From the IMG/VR virus record IMGVR_UViG_3300029186_000001: DNA of 64,000 nucleotides; one strand, written 5' to 3'. Positions 7,587 through 20,200 of the stretch are shown here, piece after piece. The notes under the pieces are model-generated. The model saw only the letters and a program-made list of their open reading frames with translations, did no database searches and was not told where the DNA came from. Within the stretch, counting starts at the first letter, position 1. Each line of letters begins with the position of its first letter. Both the position numbers and the translations under genes were made by a program. Source of the DNA: a virus (taxonomy: Duplodnaviria; Heunggongvirae; Uroviricota; Caudoviricetes).

Positions 7587-10574
7587 ATGAGCTTAAGCGA
7601 TCAGGTGGTAATGGCCACCAGCATAGAAACGCTGATCGAGCTGCTAAAGAACCTGCCCGATTATGGGCGGGTTTCGTATGTGGTGACAGCGAAGGGAGAC
7701 GAGGTAAAAACAGCGTTTGATATCGTCGATGCCTCAGCTCTTTTGGTATCCAATACTCTGGATGGGAAAATTAATCCTGACTATCCCCAGGAACTTCAGC
7801 CGCGCGACCGGACCCGCGCATCCAGCCTTCTTCAGGTTAACCAGATATCCAAAGATTTGCGGCCAGCTCAGCTTACTGATTCCGGTTTATCCAGCCATGG
7901 TGCGCCAATAATTGGTGAGGACAATGCCGTTGAGTCAGGTAATGGGCGGACCATGGGGATCATTAAAGCCTATCAGGACGGTAATGCGGATCGGTATCGG
8001 GAGTACCTGATTGAACATGCGACCGAATTCGGCATACGGCCTGAAAAGGTTGAATCAATGACGGCTCCGGTACTGGTGCGCCGCCGGTTAACGAAGGTTG
8101 ACCGTGTTCAGTTTGCCAAGGACTCAAATATTTCTGATCTCCAGGAAATGGCAGCCAGTGAAAAGGCTTTTGTTGATGCCGACAGCATAACTCCGGCGAT
8201 GATGGCGCTGTTTAACCCATCAGAAAGCGGAGATCTGCTTAGCCGCAGTAATGACGCGTTTATTCGCGGATTCATGACGCAAGTTGGTGCCACACAGGCT
8301 GCTGGCCTTGTAACGGAAGATGGGCGACCAACACGGCAACTTGTTGACCGTATACAAAACGCGATCTTTGCCAAGGCATATAAGGATGCGCGCCTGGTAA
8401 GAATGGTTGCAGAAGAACCTGATCCGGATATGCGTAATGTTCTGACGGCGCTTAATGCGGCAGCCAATGATTTTGTCCAGATGCAGGCTTTATCAGGAGA
8501 AGCGCACAAGCAGGCTGTGACAACTATTGTTGATGGTATTGAGACAGCGGATAGTCTCGATAAAAAGGCGCTGGCGGCATTGAAAGATGCGGTAGACCTG
8601 GTAAGGCAATCGAAGGAGTCAGGCCAACATATTACCGATGTTATTGCTCAGGGGGATATGTTCAGCGAAACAGCCCCGGAAGTGAAAGCTCTCGCGTTGT
8701 TCATCGTCGCGAATAACCGTAGCGCGAAGCGTATGGCCACCGCCTTTAAATTGATGGCTCAACGTATCAATGATGAGTTACAGCACCAGGGCCAGGCGCT
8801 GGGGGATATGTTTGGCGGTGGTGATGTGTCGTTACAGGATATCCTTCGCCAGGTGTCTCAGGAACTGGAAAACGAAGGCATGCAAGGGATATCCGGCGGT
8901 CTTTTCGAGTCCGTTTCCGGCGGTAGTTACAACGGTGTTGCTCCATATACCAGCTTGCTATTACATCGGGCATCCGGCATCAAAGACATTATTCATCTGA
9001 TCAGGCTGCTTTCCCGTACAGATCCCCAGGATGAACAGCTTGTACAAGTGCTTGCGCATTTTGTTCGAATGCCTGTTGCCGACGTGAATAAATGGTGCCG
9101 ATTATTCGGTATCAGCAATTCGTTACTTCGCGGATTGTTAAATCACGCATCCTCCCTTGGGCGCGACGGCTTTGATGAGATAGCGCAGGCGATAAAAAAC
9201 GGAGATATGCCACCAGCTATTGACTGGTTTTCCATTCGCCCAACCAGGGTGAAAGCATTCCTTAGCGCGGCGCATTCGGCATCACCATTGGCAGAAATGA
9301 TTCAGAGGTTGTCGCTCATATTCACAGACCATACCGCGTTGGGTGATCTGACTCTGGACGAGATGAAAGAAGCCTCCATTCAGTGGGCCGATCAACAAAA
9401 TGAGGTTAACTCAGACTTCTTGCCAGCATTCAGGAAGGCCGTTAGTAAAGCGGATGATGCCCGTGGAATTCTGAAGGCATTTAAGGCATTGCAAAGTCGG
9501 GTTAATAAACATGTCGGTGATATCGATGGGGTAACGGCGGAAGGCAGGGATATCCTTAAAGAGCACGGCATAACGCCAGAGTTTATTGATGAGATCAGGA
9601 CGGATATGCAGCGTGAGGTCGTATCGTCCCTGCAAATCGTAGCCAGAGCGTTGGCGGATGCTAATCCGAAGAGTGCGGCCATTGTTAACCGGGTTATTGG
9701 TGATATTGAAGCATCGGAGGGCATGGGGGCGCTGAAACTCTTCCTTTCGCGAGCGTTTAATCCTAACGGCAATATTCTCCCTGGCATTATTGGTGAGGCT
9801 AAAAAGTATGTCAGTGAAGAAGAACTTGAGCAGCTTGACCAACTACTTAAGCGATTCTCATATAACCCGCAGATACGCTGGCAAATGAATCAGCGAAGTA
9901 TGGGTTCGGTCCACGAGAAAGTGTTATCTGCCATGAACAGTGCGATCGCAAACTCATCCGTATCTGAAGAAAAAGCTCTTGAGTGGGCCGACTCTTTTAT
10001 CACAGAAGAAGTGGAAGAAGCCCGCGCTGGACAGAATGGTGGGATAGACCTGCGCAAGGAACTTGCTGATATTTATCGCCTGACCGGCGGGAAAATATCG
10101 ACCTTATCAAAGGTAGTTCACCACCAGGGAAGGGCATATGCAAATCTTAATGGTGTTGTTGCTGTCAATTTGAACGATGAAAATGCAAGTGCACTGTGGC
10201 ACGAGCTGGGTCATCATCTTGAGTACAGTAACCCTGGTTTGTTAGAGAAAGCCCGGTCATTCCTGAAGGCCAATGTTGAAGGGGATAAGCCATCTTTCGT
10301 CAATATCGGTGGGCGTGGCAAGCCTGAATGGTGCTTCAGATCTCGATTGAGTAATATTTATATGGCGAAGGTATACCCGCCAGCCTCAGTAAGTAACACC
10401 GGGAAAATTCGGCAGAAATCACCGACTATTTCCAAAACGTCAGCAACGGAAGTATTCTCTATGGCTCTTCAGTTGTATCATGACAAAGAGGCCGCTGCCG
10501 CATCACTGATGAATGGTGACGGATTGCTGGAACTGTTATTAGGTGTGGCAAAGGAGCTAAATAATGCAGATTAA
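7587..10574 (+). CDS. ddrB: DdrB, large head-associated protein with HExxH motif
   Basis: 995-aa ORF; position and size as P1 ddrB; WHELGHHLEY motif encoded at 10197-10226. Confidence 0.65.
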   Translation: MSLSDQVVMATSIETLIELLKNLPDYGRVSYVVTAKGDEVKTAFDIVDASALLVSNTLDGKINPDYPQELQPRDRTRASSLLQVNQISKDLRPAQLTDSGLSSHGAPIIGEDNAVESGNGRTMGIIKAYQDGNADRYREYLIEHATEFGIRPEKVESMTAPVLVRRRLTKVDRVQFAKDSNISDLQEMAASEKAFVDADSITPAMMALFNPSESGDLLSRSNDAFIRGFMTQVGATQAAGLVTEDGRPTRQLVDRIQNAIFAKAYKDARLVRMVAEEPDPDMRNVLTALNAAANDFVQMQALSGEAHKQAVTTIVDGIETADSLDKKALAALKDAVDLVRQSKESGQHITDVIAQGDMFSETAPEVKALALFIVANNRSAKRMATAFKLMAQRINDELQHQGQALGDMFGGGDVSLQDILRQVSQELENEGMQGISGGLFESVSGGSYNGVAPYTSLLLHRASGIKDIIHLIRLLSRTDPQDEQLVQVLAHFVRMPVADVNKWCRLFGISNSLLRGLLNHASSLGRDGFDEIAQAIKNGDMPPAIDWFSIRPTRVKAFLSAAHSASPLAEMIQRLSLIFTDHTALGDLTLDEMKEASIQWADQQNEVNSDFLPAFRKAVSKADDARGILKAFKALQSRVNKHVGDIDGVTAEGRDILKEHGITPEFIDEIRTDMQREVVSSLQIVARALADANPKSAAIVNRVIGDIEASEGMGALKLFLSRAFNPNGNILPGIIGEAKKYVSEEELEQLDQLLKRFSYNPQIRWQMNQRSMGSVHEKVLSAMNSAIANSSVSEEKALEWADSFITEEVEEARAGQNGGIDLRKELADIYRLTGGKISTLSKVVHHQGRAYANLNGVVAVNLNDENASALWHELGHHLEYSNPGLLEKARSFLKANVEGDKPSFVNIGGRGKPEWCFRSRLSNIYMAKVYPPASVSNTGKIRQKSPTISKTSATEVFSMALQLYHDKEAAAASLMNGDGLLELLLGVAKELNNAD

Positions 10575-10872
10575 AATCGCAGCGCCATTAGGTGGAGATG
10601 CCATTATCGAATTTGATGATAATGAAGAAGTTTCCGGGCGTTTAAGCATTATCTCCGGTGACATTACCGAGGACATGATCGCTGAAGCCATAGCTGGGGC
10701 AAATCCCAATAGCTATATGGGATTCGTTAACACCCTTGATGCTCCCGCAAGTGATGTTCTCCGAACGCTGCATCTTTACGCTGGCTGGTTTGTTGATTGG
10801 CCAGCAGTAGATGGTGGCGATGAGGACGACGACGATGATTTTGGTGATCATGTAGACCAGATCGTATATTGA
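10564..10872 (+). CDS. Small acidic protein, last gene of darA operon
   Basis: 102-aa ORF with DGGDEDDDDDFGD tail; followed by terminator. Confidence 0.5.
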   Translation: MQIKIAAPLGGDAIIEFDDNEEVSGRLSIISGDITEDMIAEAIAGANPNSYMGFVNTLDAPASDVLRTLHLYAGWFVDWPAVDGGDEDDDDDFGDHVDQIVY

Positions 10873-10874
10873 AG

Positions 10875-10900
10875 AAATCCCGCCAATCGGCGGGATTTTT
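10875..10900. terminator. Rho-independent terminator (bidirectional hairpin)
   Basis: aaatcccgcc-aatc-ggcgggattttt between convergent genes. Confidence 0.7.
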
Positions 10901-10903
10901 ACC

Positions 10904-11998
10904 TCACGAGAAGCTTTTTTCTGATGTCAGCCAACAGTGCTCGTGCAAATCTCTTGGTGGTTTTTCGACAAATGCCTCTTCAGCCACATCCTGCCAGGGG
11001 ATTTGTTTAGCCCATTCAGTTATAGCGTTATGGTTTGCCGAGAATAACGGTATTGTATAGGCCTTCAGCCAGTCTAATGTGCTGGAGTTGTGTTTTTGAG
11101 CGTGATGTTTCGCATGGTGTTTGGCGATCACGATCGTAGGCACTACCCATTTACTACCGTCAGTCATTGTGAAGTGCATATTACGGGGAACAGATGACTT
11201 TTCCATCAACTCCCGAATCCCGGGGAATTTCCCCAAGATCAATCGGCGATATTCATCGCTATTGCGCCCACCAAACTCTTTGGCTTTGAATTCAAGATAT
11301 GCTTCAGAAACGAGAGGTGAATCCTCTGTGTTTAGAGTTATCGCCGTGAAAAAACCAGCAGGATTGTTTTTACTATGGGCCAACCGGTGATGCGAATCAT
11401 AAAAGTACCCTTTCTCGCGTTCCGATGGTTTCGACAGCAACAGCAGGCGCGAGTCATAATTGGTTAAATTGCCAGTTATCACTGCATGAGCGCGATCGCT
11501 GATTTCCGCCGAGTTAATAACGATGAAAAGATCGTGCGGTCCAGTAAAACCAGCCAGAGACTCTTCGTTATTCAGACAATAGGTTATATAGACGCATCCC
11601 CATGTTTCACTGATATGCACCAACCCTTTGTCAGGGTGTATTCTGAAATAATTGCCAAGAAAAGGGTGTTTTTGGGTAACTCGCTCCCAATAACGGAACA
11701 TATAGTCAATTATTGTTTTTCGACTATCGTTAATCGCAGGAGAAACAACCACTGTACGGGAACACGAATACAGTATTGTTTGCAGGATGCTAATCACTGC
11801 CACAATAGAGGTTTCCCCAATACCATGTGGTGTGGTGGCAGTGACTTTGGCTCCGGTGTTCTTTATCGCGTTAATAATTTTTGCTTGATGAGGTGTTAAC
11901 TCAATATCAAGCAACTCTTTTGCTGCCAGTTCCCAATTGTCTTTATACCGTTCTATCAGTGCTAACCAGGCAGATTCATTCTGTATACGATTAATCAC
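10904..11998 (-). CDS. Terminase large subunit (PacB) paralog, ATPase-like domain with degenerate Walker motifs
   Basis: 364-aa ORF; shares LLLLS.P...[11 protein letters not shown]...F.TAI.LN.E.SPLV block with the 494-aa PacB ORF at 31237-32721. Confidence 0.6.
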   Translation of the reverse strand: MINRIQNESAWLALIERYKDNWELAAKELLDIELTPHQAKIINAIKNTGAKVTATTPHGIGETSIVAVISILQTILYSCSRTVVVSPAINDSRKTIIDYMFRYWERVTQKHPFLGNYFRIHPDKGLVHISETWGCVYITYCLNNEESLAGFTGPHDLFIVINSAEISDRAHAVITGNLTNYDSRLLLLSKPSEREKGYFYDSHHRLAHSKNNPAGFFTAITLNTEDSPLVSEAYLEFKAKEFGGRNSDEYRRLILGKFPGIRELMEKSSVPRNMHFTMTDGSKWVVPTIVIAKHHAKHHAQKHNSSTLDWLKAYTIPLFSANHNAITEWAKQIPWQDVAEEAFVEKPPRDLHEHCWLTSEKSFS

Positions 11999-12893
11999 TT
12001 TCCACCTCTTCCGTGGTGTTTTCTTGCAGTTCTGTTAATGCAGCACGACATAGGTTCCGGGCATTGGCTATAGCCACACTTTTGACTTCATCCGTCATCG
12101 TGCAGGTAATGTACTGATCGAGTTCTTCAGCGCGGATGATGCTTTTGCCAATCAGAAACTGTATTTGCCAGAGCAGATCGGCATCCATAATCAGAATTTC
12201 TGCCGGGCCTTCAGGGCCAGCCGGGAAGGAAACATAAGACTGTTTGCCCAGGCCGACAACTCGACAACTTGCTTCAAGAATTGCGCGCTTGAGGTCTGAC
12301 TTTATAACGGAAACAGGTTGATTTTCACCAGTGATTACGCCGTTGACATGGAAAGGCATGTAGCTTGAAATACGCTCCACTTTCCACACGCCAGCAAGCG
12401 ATCCTTCATGCAGCACAATGGGGGTAACCGCGAGTTTCATCTCACCATATAGCTGCTGGCAGATAGCTGGATTGCTGAATACATCTAAAGGCTCACATTC
12501 AAACAGCGGCGCAATCTGCATGAGGTCCATCATGGTCATCCCTGGAGTACGAGCAGTAATGAATCTGCGCATACCAGTATCCATTGCGCTCCAGATTGCT
12601 ACACCATGCTTTTTGCTCACTTCTTCAGTAAAGCCAAGGTGGCACATGATGGTTTTTTCGATAGCCAGATCGGAGATAGAAACCTTTTCGCCAGGTACAC
12701 CATCATTATTGATGGTCACTTCGACACTCTGGCCATTACGCAGGCGGTATTGAATTGTTTTAGTATTTTGTGCTGCCATAGTCTTTTCTCTGCTTAAAAA
12801 CTGATGTATTGCGCCTTCAGGTGGGTCAGGAATGTTTTCCCACCAGCGAAAGCAATATCTCGGGGTGTTCTGTTCGTTAAAAACGCGTTCCAT
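11991..12893 (-). CDS. Hypothetical protein (start uncertain; alternative ATG at 12779)
   Basis: 302-aa maximal ORF; overlaps upstream small ORF, so the shorter start is plausible. Confidence 0.45.
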   Translation of the reverse strand: MERVFNEQNTPRYCFRWWENIPDPPEGAIHQFLSREKTMAAQNTKTIQYRLRNGQSVEVTINNDGVPGEKVSISDLAIEKTIMCHLGFTEEVSKKHGVAIWSAMDTGMRRFITARTPGMTMMDLMQIAPLFECEPLDVFSNPAICQQLYGEMKLAVTPIVLHEGSLAGVWKVERISSYMPFHVNGVITGENQPVSVIKSDLKRAILEASCRVVGLGKQSYVSFPAGPEGPAEILIMDADLLWQIQFLIGKSIIRAEELDQYITCTMTDEVKSVAIANARNLCRAALTELQENTTEEVESD

Positions 12894-12976
12894 TGCCAAC
12901 TTTGGCGTTTTTTAGCGAGTTCGTGCTTTTGTTGGCGTTTGGACCACCGCTTTTCTTTCAGTCGTTTTTTACTCAT
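12794..12976 (-). CDS. Hypothetical small basic protein downstream of ssb
   Basis: 60-aa Lys/Arg-rich ORF starting 6 bp after ssb stop. Confidence 0.25.
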   Translation of the reverse strand: MSKKRLKEKRWSKRQQKHELAKKRQSWQWNAFLTNRTPRDIAFAGGKTFLTHLKAQYISF

Positions 12977-12981
12977 AAACT

Positions 12982-13470
12982 CTAAAACGGAATATCGTCT
13001 TCAAAGTCCATTGGAGGTTCGTTATTGGCGCTGCTCTGAGGTTTGCCACCACCGCTGTATTGCTGGTGGTTTTGAGGTTGGTTTGACTGCCCCCAGCCAT
13101 TTGAGGACTGTGAATCGTCGCGGCGAGCGCCGATCATTTGCATGGTGCCGCCCTGGCTGACGATAATTTCCGTCGTGTAACGTTCTACACCGGCGTCATC
13201 TGTCCACTTACGGGTTTTAAGTTTCCCTTCGATGTAGACCTGAGAACCTTTTCGTAAATACTCACTCGCAATTTCAGCAAGTTTTCCGAACAAAACGACT
13301 TTATGCCATTCTGTTTGCTCTTTCTGTTGGCCCGTTTGCTTGTCGCGCCATGATTCATTCGTTGCGATGCTGAGTCTTCCGACCGCGCCGCCATTTGGTA
13401 TATACCTGATCTCCGGGTCTTGCCCCAGGGTACCAATCAGGATGACTTTGTTTACACCGCGTTGTGCCAC
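12982..13470 (-). CDS. ssb: Single-stranded DNA-binding protein
   Basis: 162-aa ORF with OB-fold N-terminus, Gly/Gln-rich linker and acidic tail DFEDDIPF. Confidence 0.95.
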   Translation of the reverse strand: MAQRGVNKVILIGTLGQDPEIRYIPNGGAVGRLSIATNESWRDKQTGQQKEQTEWHKVVLFGKLAEIASEYLRKGSQVYIEGKLKTRKWTDDAGVERYTTEIIVSQGGTMQMIGARRDDSQSSNGWGQSNQPQNHQQYSGGGKPQSSANNEPPMDFEDDIPF

Positions 13471-13489
13471 TTATCTTACCTAATAAAAT

Positions 13490-13506
13490 AAATTAATTAG
13501 AGCAAT
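13490..13506 (-). promoter_or_regulatory. C1 repressor operator-like 17-mer upstream of ssb
   Basis: aaattaattagagcaat, 16/17 to the recalled P1 operator AAATTTATTAGAGCAAT. Confidence 0.6.
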
Positions 13507-13638
13507 AATGTATATCTTTGAAACGTAGCTAACAAGTGATTTGCATTATCCTGTGTCTTCTAAAGGGATCGAGTCAGTCGGTATTGGCTGTGAATGGGTG
13601 TTTGTCCTGGAGCGTAAAAATTCGCTTATGAGGTCTTT

Positions 13639-14196
13639 ATGAAGGGAAAAACAGCCGCAGGAGGCGGTGCAATTTGCGCTATCGCGGTGATGATTACCAT
13701 CGTGATGGGTAATGGCAATGTGCGAACCAACCAGGCGGGGCTTGAGCTTATCGGAAACGCTGAAGGTTGCCGACGTGACCCATACATGTGCCCGGCGGGT
13801 GTATGGACTGACGGGATTGGTAATACACACGGGGTAACGCCGGGCGTGCGAAAAACCGACCAGCAAATCGCCGCTGATTGGGAAAAGAATATCCTGATCG
13901 CTGAACGCTGTATTAACCAGCACTTCCGGGGCAAAGACATGCCCGATAATGCCTTTAGCGCAATGACAAGCGCGGCATTCAATATGGGATGCAATAGTTT
14001 ACGGACCTACTACAGCAAAGCGCGAGGCATGCGAGTAGAAACGTCCATCCACAAGTGGGCGCAGAAAGGAGAATGGGTGAATATGTGTAACCATCTCCCT
14101 GATTTCGTGAACAGTAACGGCGTGCCCCTGCGAGGTTTAAAGATTCGCCGTGAAAAAGAACGCCAGCTTTGCCTGACGGGACTGGTCAATGAATAA
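13639..14196 (+). CDS. lyz: SAR endolysin (lysozyme)
   Basis: 185-aa ORF with N-terminal signal-anchor-release segment GGGAICAIAVMITIVMG followed by a lysozyme-like domain. Confidence 0.85.
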   Translation: MKGKTAAGGGAICAIAVMITIVMGNGNVRTNQAGLELIGNAEGCRRDPYMCPAGVWTDGIGNTHGVTPGVRKTDQQIAADWEKNILIAERCINQHFRGKDMPDNAFSAMTSAAFNMGCNSLRTYYSKARGMRVETSIHKWAQKGEWVNMCNHLPDFVNSNGVPLRGLKIRREKERQLCLTGLVNE

Positions 14197-14443
14197 ACTC
14201 CGGCAGCTCCGCCGACTTTCGACAATGAAGTTATCGCTGGCGGCGATAGTTTTCGACTCGATTTTCATGGCGGTATATGTGCTCAATGAGACGTGGCCAC
14301 TGGAACCGCTATTATATGCCGGGCTTCGGCTGTGCCTGACATTTTTGAGCATGGCTGCAAGATTGATGCAGCAGAAAGAAACCGCTTCAGATTGCCCACG
14401 TCGCGCGGTGCGAAAATATATGGCACGCAGACGAAGGCGATAA
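14189..14443 (+). CDS. Hypothetical membrane protein coupled to lyz
   Basis: 84-aa ORF overlapping lyz stop; hydrophobic core; Arg-rich C-terminus. Confidence 0.4.
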   Translation: MNKLRQLRRLSTMKLSLAAIVFDSIFMAVYVLNETWPLEPLLYAGLRLCLTFLSMAARLMQQKETASDCPRRAVRKYMARRRRR

Positions 14444-14454
14444 TAGTTAACGAG

Positions 14455-14482
14455 AACCCCGGCAGCCGCCGGGGTTATTTTT
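14455..14482 (+). terminator. Rho-independent terminator
   Basis: ccccggc-agcc-gccgggg stem followed by ttattttt. Confidence 0.75.
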
Positions 14483-14487
14483 GATGG

Positions 14488-17218
<2,731 letters not shown>

Positions 17219-17285
17219 TTAATTAGAATAATTCGCATCGTGTTTGAACGGAAATTTAACACTAGTCACTTGTTAAGGATTACCA

Positions 17286-20200
17286 ATGAACAAGCTATCT
17301 ATGGGGGTATTTCGCTGTTCAAGTGTCAGCGAAATATTGAAATACATTAGGGCAATAACATCTCACCGAGCGCCGATTAAATACGGCGTGGAAAAGGTGG
17401 AAGGCAAAAGCTATGACCGACTGCGCCGTGAGGCGAATCAGAAGGCGATAGATTTGCTTAATTCGCTGGTGGACGGCGCGACACTGACAGATGAACAGCG
17501 CCAGATCCTGGCTGGGTACACCGGTGAAGGCGGCATTGGCGGGTCCGTCTCCGAATATTACACACCAAAGCCGATCGCTGAAGGTGTCTGGGAGATCATG
17601 AAGCTCTACGGCGCGGACGTAGGTAACACTCTGGAACCATCGGCGGGCACCGGCGTTTTTAATGAGACAAAACCGGTTGGTACGGTGATGACCGCGACTG
17701 AGATCAGCAGTGTTTCCGGTCGTATAAACCAGCTGTTACATCCGGAAGACAGCGTACAGATTTCCCCGTTCGAACAACTGGCTGTAAGCACGCCTAACGA
17801 TTCATTTGACCATGTTGTGGGTAACGTTCCGTTCGGTGGTCGTGATAACACACGCAACATCGATAAGCCTTACGCAGAAGAAACGGACATGGGTTCTTAC
17901 TTCATGCTCCGCATGCTGGACAAGATAAAGCCAGGCGGATTCATGTGCGTGATTGTGCCGCCGTCCATTGTTTCAGGTTCAAACATGAAGCGGTTACGCC
18001 TGCGCCTATCACGGAAAGCTGAATTTCTTGGTGCCCACCGCTTGCCTACCGGTACTTTTGACGCAAACGGGACCAGTACGGTCGTTGACGTGGTGCTGAT
18101 GCGCAAACATCCGGCGGAGATGGCTGAGAAAATCCCCCTGGTGGATGAAGGCACTCTTGAATCGGCAAATGTGCTTTGGCCAACGTTTATTTCTGGCAAG
18201 TGGTTTGAAAAGGACGGCCGCCGGTTTGTTCATGGCACTCAGGAGAAGGGATTCCAGGGGCGTATTGAGGTTCGTGCCGACGGGCAGATTGATAACCAGG
18301 CTCTTAAAGCGAAGCTGATTCATCGTTTCGAAAGTCGTATCGACTGGTCTTTGCTCGATATGGCTGAACCGTCACCGACCGCAGATGTTGTTGATGAAGG
18401 GGAAATGCGCCTGATTAATGGCGTATGGCAAAAATATGCTGGTGGTCGCTGGATTGAAGCTGATGCCGGGAAGGAGCTGAAGATTGAGGTTGCCAGTTAT
18501 GGCGCGGATAGCTGGGAGGCTCTTCAGCGTAACCTGACTACAACAGAAGGCCGTCTCGGTATGACATTTACCCAGATGGCAAATGTCCGCGATAAGTACA
18601 CCACATCAATCAGCGACGATATGGTGCAGCTGGTGGACTGGATTAACAGCCAGCCTGAAAAATACCGTGAACGCTTGTATCGTGGGGCGATGATTGGCCG
18701 GATGTTAATTGAATATCAGGACATGAAGGCCGCCGGGCATAGTGCTGAACAAATCGAACAGCAGCGCCTTTCTCTGGTATCCCGTTTGCAGGCAGAGATT
18801 GACCGTTTTGGTAACCCCGGTCGCGGTCCGATAGCGAAATTATCGGGGAGCGGTGCGCGCGCCTGGTTTGCTTTCCGTGGTGCAATTAAGCTGGATGGCA
18901 CTATTTCTGACGAGCTGACAGGAAAACTGGTTACGCATGATTCCAGCGCCAGTTATGACTCCACCAGCTATCAGGACACCCTGCGTTATCTCTACAGTGA
19001 TCTCACTCGCGATCCAATCCAGCTCGATGATTTCCGCCTTGCGTTTACCGGCGAACTGCCAGCCAGTGATGACGAGTTGCTTAATTTATTGGCCAGCACC
19101 CCTGGCATTGCGGTTTCACCGTATGGCGGGATTGTTCCGTTCGCCCGCGCCACCAGCGGCGACATTAACGAGATAGTGGCTCCAAAGCAGGAATTCCTCG
19201 CCACGCTCCCCGACGGTCCAGTAAAGAACAACGTCCTTAATCAGCTGGCAGCGATCGAAGAGAAGCGCATCAAGACGCCAGCAGAGAATATCCGGTTTAA
19301 GCTCAATAGCCGTTGGTTCGACCGTTCCGTGATTCTGGAATTTTTGCAGGAAAACGGCTATCCGGATCTGCGCTATGTGCAGTCAGTGCAGCTGGAAGGC
19401 GACGAAATGGTTTCTGACACCTATCACGGTGGTGATGGTCTGTTCGTCGGGCACCGATACGGTGTCGTCCAGCGCAAGGATAAAGAAACAGGCGAGATCC
19501 GCTACGAGTGGGACCGTAAATCAGGTGAAAACGCGACCGGGTTCCCGGCACAGCTGGAAAAGTATCTCAATGGTGCGCGTATCGGTGGCAAAGATAGCGC
19601 GACGGCGAACGGCTACCGCGAGCAGATGGCACTGCTTGAGGACCAGTTCAATAAGTGGATCAAGACGCACGATCGCTACGATGAGCTGGTTGCCAAATAC
19701 AACGATGTGTTCAATAGCAATATCCCGTATGAACACTCTGGCGATCCGCTTGGGTTGAAGGGATTAAGCGGTAAGCGCCAGCCATTTGATTACCAGAATA
19801 GCGAGGTGCGCCGACTGTCCGAAGATGGGCGCGGCATCCTGGGCTTCGGCACCGGGCTGGGTAAAACCACGACCGCGCTGGCGCTTGAGGCGTTCAACTA
19901 TGAGAACGGTCGCTCCACCCGTACTGCGTATGTAGTGCCTAAATCAGTGCTGGAAAACTGGTATTACGAAGCAAAAGAATTCCTGAGTGAAGAGGCATTC
20001 AGTAACTACCTGTTCGTCGGTCTTGATGTGCTGATGGATGGCGATCAGATTCGCCAGGTGCCGGTGCTCGATGAGAACGGTAAACCTGTTCTTGGTACTG
20101 ATGGCACTCCAGTTATGCGCGATGCTCTTAAGCTGGCAGATGAAGCCACTATCACGGCGCGGATGAACGCGATCCCGCACTCAAATTACCGTGCAGTCGT

